From Cyanidioschyzon merolae (Eukaryota): DNA of 64,000 bases. Below are positions 1 through 9,400 of this stretch, in pieces (positions within the stretch are counted from its first letter, which is position 1; the number at the start of each line of letters is the position of its first letter). The DNA lies in NCBI GenBank assembly GCA_000091205.1, contig AP006498.2; one strand, given 5' to 3'. The position numbers and the translations under genes were made by a program. A model generated the notes under the pieces. It was given only the letters and a program-made list of their open reading frames with translations. It was not told the origin of the DNA and did not search any database.

Positions 1-1330
1 ACAGCCGCCAACAGGGCAATGCGACTCGTTGTTGTTGTTGGATGCTCAGTGCAGAGCAGAGCGACCAACCCGCTGACACTCGGACTTGAACTCCAAATAC
101 CCTCAATAGAAGCGATAGCAGCAGGCTGCCGGGCACGCATACGGGCCAAAAGGGTCCACCAAGCGCACCCGGTTCAGTCGGATTTTCATGCAGACCCCAA
201 CGCACCGCAAGAACACTTGGATGAAATCGACGCAGATTGGGCTGAAGCGCCTCTTAGACGAAAGCACGCTCCCTAATCGTTCCCCAGAAATGTAGCAGGC
301 TCCCGTCGCCTCAAGCGAACCGTCCAAACAACAATATGGGAACGTAGACACGGAACAAGTCGTGCCAGTAACGCCGGCTTGACTCTCTACCGGAACTACA
401 ACCTAGCATACACATGCAAGTACTGGTGGGAGGCGCTGGAGTTCCCGGGACTTGCTCGAGGTACCCAGTGGCTCGCGAAAATCCACGTTGGTGGCTTCTG
501 GCGACCATCACCGGCTCTAAGCCGTATAGGAACACTGGAATCGCACTGTCCCTGCTATCGAGACGAGACCCCTCGAGACGCTGACATATTTAGGCTTACA
601 GTGCCCGCGCTGGAAGCAGGAGCGCAGCGAGCTCCTTGGCGGACAGCAGCAGCTGGACATCACCGTGATAGCAAAAGGCCGGACACTCACTTTGAGTGCA
701 GCACTGGCAACTGATGGTCCGCTAACGGAGCCTCAGCGCTCATTAGTGGCGAACAAACTCACATGCTACCTTCTAGGCGGAAGGTCCAGCGAATCGGATG
801 CGCACACGGGCCCAGTGCGCTTTCTGCGCCTACCCACTGTGGTGAGCGTCAAGCACAAACCCACATTGCCAACCGACAACAACGCATTCCATGCATGATC
901 ACGAAGGAGAGAGGCGGCTCCCAGGATATATCCTAACAGTCAAGTTTCTCCAGCGTGTCGTGCAGCGAAGACAAGCCTGCATCCCCAGACTGTACGAGCA
1001 CAAACTGACGACGAGACCCGATTCTACGTCGGGTGAACCACACCTCGAGCCGATGCCCTCTGGGGTATAGAAAAGCAGTTCTAGCTCGATGAACTATCTG
1101 CTCCAGCATTTAAGGTGCAAAGGCGGATACGGAACGGCAGGTACGAGGCACACCCGATAGGACTTATGAAACGACCAGAATATCCGAGAAGAAGTATAGG
1201 TAATGGAACTTGGAAGTAGGCTGTTTGATGGATAATTCACCGCACATTGGAAAACACAAAAAAGTAAGAAAAGAAAAATGCGCATAGTCGGAGAACGCTG
1301 GCCAAAGGAAACGTTTTGTTAATGAAAAAA

Positions 1331-3832
1331 ATGCCGCCGTTGAAGGAAAACGTGATCTTGATATCTAGCATGTAGCTCTAATGTAAAAGTTGTATTTTCG
1401 TTAACTTCATAGCCAAGTATAGTTTTCAGTTCATTTGAGTTTCAAACCTCAAACATGTGTATTCAATTGTTTTGTCGCAGTATATAACAGAAGCGTTCCA
1501 GGAGCTTTCTTTTTCAAAAAAAAAACTAAAAAAGGAAAGTTATGAAAAAGCAAGTCGACGATCCTGGAGGCCGAGGGTCGCCGGCTGCCAGAAAAAAAAC
1601 AAAAAACAGTGCCAAGTCCAGAAGAAAAGGAAAAGAAGAAGGACCAAAGGGGGAAGGGGGGAGACTCTACGTCGAAGGATGCAAGAAAGACGAATGTACG
1701 ACGAGATGGTGGTGAAAACCTTTCTTCATGGCCATATCAAGGATCCCTACAGGGAAAAGTTGCAAGACGCTATCAGAAACCGTGTCGACTCGTACTCCAA
1801 GAGTATTGTCAAGGCGTCGTCAGGACTGATGCATTTGGTACGGGAGATGTATCGCGACGTGACGCACATGGAAACGGTGGAGATTCCGGACGAGTTTTTC
1901 GATAAGAAGTTTATTCGTCAGCTGATGCTTGGTACAGAGGAAGCGCGGAGGGAAAATGTATGAGTGCATGCCCTCCACGAAAAACATCCCTTTTACAGCT
2001 TCAACGGTACTCGATACAAGGGTGACCGGGATATTTACAGCTATGGGGCGATGAAGTACCTCACGAATCTGAAGAATCCTTTGACAGTGAACCTCGAACG
2101 TTTCATGATACGCGCCGTGTTTGCACTCGATCCCGGGCATCTCTCCCAAAGGGATATGGGCGATTACCAATGGCATCACGAACAATCGCCGGCGTGTAGA
2201 TGGGATCGAATTTGTCGACAAGAAGGCGTCAAAAGAGATCACGAATGAAGCTTCTGTTATCCGTGCGGCTATACAAGTGCACCGTGCAGTTTTGGGGCTG
2301 GCGAATCCGACAGACAAGATATCAGAGTTGAAAAAAGATAAGGAAAGATACGATCGTCTCGTCCTACGGTATTTTGTGTTTTTGGACCGAGAGCTCGATC
2401 GCAAAGCGGAGATGAAGCTGAGCGAGGAAAAAAATGAAGAATGGGAGAGACGGAAGGCGTTCCTAATGGGCGAGCGCTTCAACGTGGTTCCGTTGGGCAA
2501 CATCAAGTCACATTTTGTGACTATCGACTCCGGCGTCCTTTACGGCATCATGACTGAGACCAGTCCCGAGTTCGATGTAAGGAGCACAGAGATCACCGCC
2601 GAAACCCGCGAGACGTACTGGAAGAATATCTTCAATTTCAAAGGGCTCAAAGTCAGCAAGAAAAAGGAATTCACTGGGTTGATCGAAAGCGATGGAGTAG
2701 CCATGTGTGTACACTATCTGCGGTTGTTGAAAGATCGTCCAGTTCTGCCCTCGGCTTCGCGCTCGGCGAAACATGAAGAAAACAAACAAGCGGATCCTGC
2801 GACGCAGAAAGTGCAGGAAAACGACTTTGTCGTTGGCGCGGACCCCGGAAACACAAATATCATATCCATCGCTGTATCCAAGCTTGCGGACGATGGTTCT
2901 GACGGTAACTTGCGTCAGAAACACATGCGTCTTCTGAGGTTCTCGAGCGCAAGAGACTAAAGAGAATCCGGAATAATGAATGTGCGGAAGAAAATTGAGA
3001 CATGGAATGCAGGAATAAAGGACCACTTGGAAGCTATGAGCGAGGTGACGAGCCGAGGAGCGGGCTTTCAAGCTTTTCTGAAATTCATGAAAGTTCGCGT
3101 TGCTCATTGGGAGGCGCTGTGGGAGGAGTATACAAAGCCTCGGTGGGCTCGTCTGCGTATGAATCTATACTGTGGGAAGCAGCGGGCGTTCGCGAACTTT
3201 TTCAATCAGTTGAGCGCCCTGAAGGTGGATGTGAGTCAGAGGCTCGTCGTAGCATACGGAGCAGGGCGCTGGAAGACCCAAAAAGGGTGTACACCAGCTC
3301 CAACGACGAGAGCGCACAAGGAGTGTGCACGGCGTTTCGTAACGATACCTGTAGATGAGTTTCGAACATCGTATACACACCACGAGCTGGATTGTACACT
3401 TCAGAGGGTCGAGATGGAAAAGTGCCAGAGGAGCCCTGAAGATATAATAAAGTATGGACCGCTGACGGAGGAGCAAATGGAAAGGAGGGCAAAAGTTCGG
3501 CGACTACTTGCATTAGTAAGTACAACCAATCATGGCAAGAAACGTATGGAATTCGTGAATCGTGACTTTGATGCCGCCATCAATATCAGGAAATGTGCGG
3601 TACTGGAGACGAGAGCTCCAGAGTGGACAAGAGAGAACTTTAATGGACAACCTCTCAAAGTCGAACTATATAAGAAAAAATTGAAACTAGTAGTAGGTGG
3701 ACGTTCCAAACAAACTAGGAGGCGTCTGCACGTCAGTTGGAGACGATTTGTCTAAGGCGCGTTTGCCGCCACTACGGTACACTGCTGGCAGCAACGTTTT
3801 TCATTTGAAAAACGTTTGGCGGCGAGCTGCTC
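1331..3832 (+). mobile_element. Fanzor/TnpB-like (OMEGA-family RuvC nuclease) transposable element, copy A. Boundaries are approximate. The LE is set where homology to copies B-D begins (atgccgccgttgaagg, ~1331). The RE is set where the diverged 3' tail stops matching the other copies (~3832).
   Basis: About 2.5 kb is shared, at an estimated >85-90% nucleotide identity by eye (not computed), with three other segments in the window (17050-19504, 22425-24935, 49575-52062). It encodes a protein with TnpB/Fanzor hallmarks (see the pseudogene entry). Confidence 0.7.
1541..3755 (+). pseudogene. Fanzor-like RNA-guided endonuclease gene, copy A, disrupted. There is a probable frameshift in the A/T homopolymer-rich 5' part (~1560-1620), an in-frame TGA at 1961-1963 where other copies have CGA (Arg), and a TAA at 2958-2960 where copies B and D have TAT (Tyr). 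A putative 52-nt intron lies at 2100-2151.
   Basis: The protein fragments follow in order: MKKQVDDPGG..., then a basic NLS-like run QKKRKRRRTKGG, then MQERRMYDEMVVKTFLHGHIKDPYREKL... A RuvC-I-like motif ([18 protein letters not shown]) lies in ORF 2121..2960. An H/C zinc-binding cluster (YTHHELDCTLQRVEMEKCQ) and a RuvC-III motif (EFVNRDFDAAINIRKCAVLE) lie in ORF 2976..3755; D..NAA.NI is the TnpB/Cas12/Fanzor signature. The assembled length of ~690 aa fits Fanzor1-size proteins. Confidence 0.65.
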
Positions 3833-3870
3833 ATTTCCCACGGGCAGACACCTAAAGCGGGTCATCTGGT

Positions 3871-5913
3871 ATGCTGATGCAGTCAGACACGCCTGTCTCG
3901 AAGAGAAGAGATGTCGAAGCTTGTGACACGTTGACAACGGCCGGTGAGGACGCGGACTCGAACGCGCTTCAAGTAGTTTTACAGGGGCGAGCTGCCGGCT
4001 ATACGTGGTCTGACCGTCGAACAGCGCTTGATCGCCTCTGCGAAAGTCTGAAAACGACGACAGCACTGGCGTGGCTGTCTAGGTTTCCCGAGCTGTTCGC
4101 GGTGGAGGGCGCTGGGCGTCTCGGTGTGGCCCTGTGCCAGCACGCAGAGGAACTGCGTCCGTCTATTGTGGCGAGTGCGTGTCGCCTTGTTCACCAGATA
4201 GCGGCATCCTTACAACAGTGCATAGAGACCGTTGACAGCGGCCGTCGTTGTCATGTTGAGGCATGGGCTCGCACGTTCCACGCTCGTGTGCACCAGGGCG
4301 TCTACAGCGCGGTGACAGCGCACGTCACGAGCGCGACTGCAGTCGCACACGCCGCGTTGGAGGCGCTGAATGAGCTGGCAGTGAAAGTGGATGAAGAGCG
4401 TTGCTCCGTCGAGCGCGATGAACACGAACAGCAACAGGTCCAACGAGCGGACGCTGGTGAAACGTCACCACAAGTAGAGGAGCTTCAGACGGACATGACA
4501 GGCGCTAGCTGCAGTCACGCTCGTGCGACCATGCTCTCGGGTGACAGGAAAAAAGCCACGAGTGAGGAAACGGATGCATCCGCAAAACTCAGCCCACAAC
4601 TCGAGCTTGAAGCTGATCTAGAGCATTGGGCAGCGCCGCTGGCAGCCAATGCTAGCAGCGTCCTCGACTATTCCTTGTCCGTACGCAAGCATATCTCACT
4701 CGTTTCAAGGAACGAGAGGAACGCTTCCCTGGATTGTCCCAGGACGGGTTCACCCGTAGGCTCGCACGAGAATGCTCTGTCTACCACAAGTGCGGCTTCT
4801 GCAGACAAAGAGAATACCGAGGCAGGCGGCACGCGAGACAACGGCAGCCGAACGGCGCTCGCCCTGCGCAGTGCACCACCAGCCGTGCACAGGCCTGAAA
4901 CGGCATCAAATGCGCCACTGAATAAGACCGAGGCCGACGCTGCGCTCGTTGAAAAGAACCGAGAACTGACTGCGATTCTACAACAGTATGAGGCGACTTT
5001 AGAAACGTTGATTCAGAGCGAAACCGAGTCGCAGGCTTGCAGTGTTCGCACCAAACTCCTTAACCTGGACACGGAGAACAATCAGTTGAAGGCTGATCTG
5101 CTCACATGTACGGAAGCTTTCGAACAGCTTCGTTCAAGGTATCGAGATTTGAAAGAAAAGCTTCAAGTCGCTCAGGAAAATGAGCGACGAGCGACTGCCA
5201 TCGCCCAGACAGCCTCCGAAAGAATGGACGAAATGGAGCGATACCTTCGGGAATTCAAGCACCATGCCGAACAGAAACTGACGCAGGCTTTTCAGCTGGT
5301 TAGCCAGAGCAAAAACGACGTGATGACCAGGGACGCCACCATTACGTCTTTGGAAAAGGCCCTTGAAGCCAAGCGTACGGAATGCGCAGAGAAAGACGCC
5401 GCTATCAGCGAAGCCATGCACATGTACCGTCGAGCGGAGAGCTCGCAAGAGCAACTGCAGGCGCGTATCGTAGCTCTTGAAAACGAGATGCAAGCGCTGC
5501 GCTCCAGGGCTCAAACTGCCGAATCCGAACTGGAGGTGTTGCGTTCGGAACTCGCAGTCAGTGGGCCCAGTAACCTGCTAGGTGATGCGAGTGCCCCGCT
5601 GGGACCCCAGCTGGAGGAACTCCGCTCCGCGCTGGCAGCTGCACGTTCCAGGGAAGAAACGCTCCAGCGCGAACTCAAAAGGCTCAATAATGAAAACCAG
5701 AGCCTCAAAGCGCGCACCTATGATCATCTGCAGACCATCGAGTCGCTCCGTGCTGAACTGCAGCGGCCAAAGCCAGTTCCAACCCCAGCCCTTGGCATAG
5801 ACGCTGCGGAGGTTGAGCGTTTGCGCGACGAGAACGAGGAGCTGCACCAGCTCTGTAACACCCTTCTGGAGAAACTAGAAGCGCTCGAAGCGAGAACTTC
5901 TGCAGCGCACTAG
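3871..5913 (+). CDS. coiled-coil protein (680 aa). The C-terminal half is heptad-rich and Q/E/L/R-rich; function unknown.
   Basis: A long ATG-initiated ORF. Its composition is typical of coiled coils (LEVLRSELAV, LQRELKRLNNENQSLKAR, LEKLEALEARTS). It starts ~40 bp after the Fanzor copy A tail. Confidence 0.5.
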   Translation: MLMQSDTPVSKRRDVEACDTLTTAGEDADSNALQVVLQGRAAGYTWSDRRTALDRLCESLKTTTALAWLSRFPELFAVEGAGRLGVALCQHAEELRPSIVASACRLVHQIAASLQQCIETVDSGRRCHVEAWARTFHARVHQGVYSAVTAHVTSATAVAHAALEALNELAVKVDEERCSVERDEHEQQQVQRADAGETSPQVEELQTDMTGASCSHARATMLSGDRKKATSEETDASAKLSPQLELEADLEHWAAPLAANASSVLDYSLSVRKHISLVSRNERNASLDCPRTGSPVGSHENALSTTSAASADKENTEAGGTRDNGSRTALALRSAPPAVHRPETASNAPLNKTEADAALVEKNRELTAILQQYEATLETLIQSETESQACSVRTKLLNLDTENNQLKADLLTCTEAFEQLRSRYRDLKEKLQVAQENERRATAIAQTASERMDEMERYLREFKHHAEQKLTQAFQLVSQSKNDVMTRDATITSLEKALEAKRTECAEKDAAISEAMHMYRRAESSQEQLQARIVALENEMQALRSRAQTAESELEVLRSELAVSGPSNLLGDASAPLGPQLEELRSALAAARSREETLQRELKRLNNENQSLKARTYDHLQTIESLRAELQRPKPVPTPALGIDAAEVERLRDENEELHQLCNTLLEKLEALEARTSAAH

Positions 5914-6473
5914 ACATCCTCGCTCGTGCTGTACGTGCAAGCGTGCCCTCCGTTTCAGGATAGTCAGATTCTCTCCCAGGGGTTTACCACACAAACCTGC
6001 CCTGCAACACAAGCGTTTTTGCTTGAGCATCGTTCGAGTCTAGCTGGATAGAGCCCAGTCTTCGGGCTGCAGCGTGCAGCCAAAGAGGTCTGCTTTCAGC
6101 TGGCTGCCTTGGTGGAACTTGGTTGCCGGGAAAACGTCGCGGTAGGGAACGGCGTAAACGGCCAGGGCTCTGGCCTCGTTACCTCGAAGCCGCACGAACG
6201 GGTAACTTTGGAAGCAGCTGTCCAAAAGCCAGATCAGGCAACGGCGCCACTGTACTTGTTCTTCGGAGTAAATGGCTCGTCAGCAATTCGCATAAAAAGG
6301 TGATCTGTATGGTGCACTCGCCACTCCCTGGTTCATACAAAACCTTTTCCACCGCTGATGAGAAAAGGCGCGTTCCGAATCAGCGCCCTATTCGAAAACA
6401 CCGCGGATGGAGGATTCGAGCGTTGTCGCGCAACGCGTTTCGCAACTTACCAGCGTCTCGCTTGAGTACTCCA

Positions 6474-9400
6474 ATGACGGACTGGAAGCAATGGAAGGTG
6501 CGAGAACTGAAGCAGTACCTGTTGGAGCACGACCCCTCTGCCATGCCTGCTCAGCAGCGTCCAACCAAAGCCGAGCTCGTGGAAGCAGTAGAGCAGGTGC
6601 ACCAGCGGCTGCAACGGCGCCAGAAAACGAAGCAGAATCCGCCACGAGCGCTGCCGAAAGAAGAGGCACGGGAACCACGACGACCAGGACCACGACCACG
6701 ACAGTCAGCTCTTGGAGACGAAAGAAAGCTACCTACTACTCGTGCGCCGAGAACGCCCAAAAAAGCCGAACGACAGCAACAGGACTCAAACAGGGGTGTG
6801 GGCAAGTCGGAGGCCCCCGAGCGACCCTCTAGCTCGGAGAGTGTCACCGCAACGTCAAGAAAAACACGCCAGAAGCGAAGCGCTCGAAAGACGGAAGCTG
6901 TCCAAGGATCTTCTGGTGTGGACGGCTCGAGTTCTGGGAGGAAACGAGTGCGGCGCTCACCGCTGCGCGGCGAGGAGGCTCGGCGCCGACTCGTCGGGGA
7001 CGATATTCCCGAGGATCGCTCTCCAGACGGCGGGGCTTGGGCAGAATCCCAACATCCACTTCTCTGGAGTGTGCGTCCAAGGTCAGAGGCGCAGCTTTCA
7101 CCTGCGTCGCTGATCCAGGACCTGCGCAGAAGGCCTTTCTCTGCAAACGCCACATCGACGCGTACATCCAGTCCCGACCGACATCGTAGCGCGAGTCCAC
7201 GAGCTTCATCAACCTGGCAGGACACTACGCGCGAATTTCGCCCAACGAAGCAAGGTCGATCGCCGAGTCCTACCGTCTCTGCATCGAATGGTGCAGGGCC
7301 GAGTACGTCGAGCGGGCTCGGACTCCGGGAAGCGTTACGCGACGTGCTTAGCATGGTGAAGTCGCATGATCAATTAGAACCGATGGAATATGTCGAGTAC
7401 CCTGAGCAGGTGCTGCCTGCTGAAGCGGAGTCTCACGCGCGTTGGCACGCCTTGACACATCAGGTTTCAGCAGTAACACCGGAAGCTGGCGATGGAGCAT
7501 CGCGATCCTCACTGCATTCGTCGCCCGTTGCAGGTCGTGATGTGCCGTGGTTGCGTCAACCGCGCAACGCGGCTGCTCAGACAAAGGAGGCGTCTCGGAT
7601 AACTTTATTGCGTGATACCTGTGACCCATTGGCGCAGTCGCAGCACATGCCCCCGAGAGAGGACGTTGTCGCCCTCTCGACTGGTAGCCCAGGCGAGCTC
7701 ACGTCGGGCGGTACACTGGCTGGCACCCGATCGACTCCGACGCGAGCATACACTGTTCAACAGGATGAAGCAGCCTCGGGATTCATGACAGGTTCAATGG
7801 AAGGTACGAGACTGGCATCGCTCCATGAGCAAGTTAGCGCAGTGCTCGAGCGTATACGCGCCGAGCAAGCAAACCTCGTATCTGGACCAGAGGCCGCCAC
7901 CAGTACAGCGCTGAGTCGAAACGCGGATAGCTTGGCGACGGACGCTCTGCATCAGCGTCTCGGCGACAGCGGAGCAGCAGCTCCAGCGGTAGCTTCCTTG
8001 GAGAACAGGTCGCCTGGAGGGAGCGCAGCGGCGCTGACTCGAGGCACCCTCACTGTCGCCCCAGAGCCGCCGTTTGCGCAGAGCCCGCTGCAAGCGTTTC
8101 GTACCTTGCGGCAAAATCGCGAGCGAATGCCCGTCAGCAGTGCAGCAACATTGACGGGCTCCTTGCGCGGACGACCTGTACATCCTCTGGAACAGCGTTC
8201 AGGCGACAGCGCTGAACGGTCGACCTCAGCCACGACGACGGATCCTACTCGATCACCGGGAGCGTTCCATGCCTCCTGGTCGCTGCCGTCGACAGACGCT
8301 CATTCAGGAGACCAGCCGTCTATCTCGGAGTCACAGAGGTATCTTGCGCGACCTGAGACGCATGCAGCGGTGCAGGAAACGAGCGCGGGCACTCCTGGGA
8401 ATGCTTCACGCGTCTCGAGACGGGATCCAGCCTTGCTGGGCAACCGCGCACTCGAACACCGTCACTGGCTCCGTAGCCACTGGAGAGTGCTCGTAGCGCT
8501 CTGTCTCCTTCTCTGGTTTGCCGTTCGCATATATCTCGTCTTGCCATCGATTCCCTTTTGTGATTCATCAGAGTCAGGTTCTGGCCCTGTGCTTGGATGT
8601 CGTCCGTGCCCCGAGCACGGCATCTGTGTCGGCGGTGTGCTTACCTGCCGAGACGGCTACGTCGTGCTCGGCAGTACATGCGCGCCTGACCGCGACCTCA
8701 ACCGTTATGCGCACATCATTCAGGGGCAAGTCCACCGCCTGCTCGGCGAATCCGCGGGTCGCTACCGCTGTGGTGAACGGGCCATACGTTGGAAATGGAC
8801 CGAACGAGAACTGCGCGAAGCACTGGAGCAGCATCCGTATATGGAGCGCCTCGTTCGAAGCAGCAAGTGGAAGGCTGCTTTTCGCCGTGCGCTGGATACG
8901 TTAGATGATCCCGTGGTGAAGCAGCCGCGCAGCGCGCATGACACAGTGCATAGGAGTCCGCGCTCCGTGGATGACGCGAACGACACCGTTCCTGCGGAAG
9001 CGTTTCAAAGAGGCGGCGCAGCGGAACGCCCGCTCCTCGCGGATGACTCTGGCACAAACAGCAACAGCAACAGCAACATCAGCCCGAATATGGCCAGCAA
9101 TGAGTCTATGCAACCCGATTCTGATGCCACGCAAACAGGGCAACTTGCTGACGATGAGCTACTACTCTACTGGAGCACCGATGCACAGCGGCCGATGTGG
9201 TGTCGCCTCTGGCAACTCACAGAAGCGCATCTTGGGAGTCTGATCTGGTTAGGGAGCATCACAGCCGTGACACTGATGTTCGCTACGACTTTGAGACGAA
9301 AGCGACTACGCCAGCGACAGATTCGGAGCCTCCAACAAGCCGTTCATGGTCGTCTCCAGGAGCAGAAACGATCATACCTTGTGGCGCTGCAGCGGGGGCG

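Noticed and set aside
2109-2248. A programmed ribosomal frameshift, considered as the explanation for the overlapping Fanzor frames.
   Set aside because: TnpB/Fanzor genes are not known to use programmed frameshifting. A 52-nt GT..AG interval with a conserved polypyrimidine-AG 3' end restores the frame exactly in every copy, so an intron is more parsimonious. This is reported as a finding with that caveat.
2508-3107. Conserved antisense ORFs inside the Fanzor elements. Examples are 2508..3107 (-) [10 protein letters not shown]... of 199 aa, and 1820..2506 (-) MMLPNGTTLK... of 228 aa. They recur in all copies: 23158..23757, 50288..50887, 18537..18893 and others.
   Set aside because: They are conserved only because the underlying nucleotide sequence is a repeat. 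They are low-complexity, lie antisense to an ORF with clear RuvC motifs, and GC-rich sequence yields long shadow ORFs. They are not independent genes.
1331-3832. Interpreting the elements as bacterial IS200/IS605 copies with TnpB, implying a prokaryotic contig.
   Set aside because: The surrounding genes are unmistakably eukaryotic (MetAP2 with a poly-K/acidic N-terminus, a Rag GTPase, MPN/CSN-like, telobox Myb). There is no TnpA (Y1 transposase) partner. The protein has an NLS-like basic region and a probable spliceosomal intron. A Fanzor-like eukaryotic element fits better.
6123-6473. The N-terminal 117 codons of ORF 6123..9662 (MPGKRRGRERRKRPG...), considered as real coding sequence.
   Set aside because: The ORF track allows non-ATG starts. 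This stretch is Arg/Gly-rich junk typical of a GC-rich out-of-context frame, and a well-placed ATG with an HeH-like motif follows at 6474.
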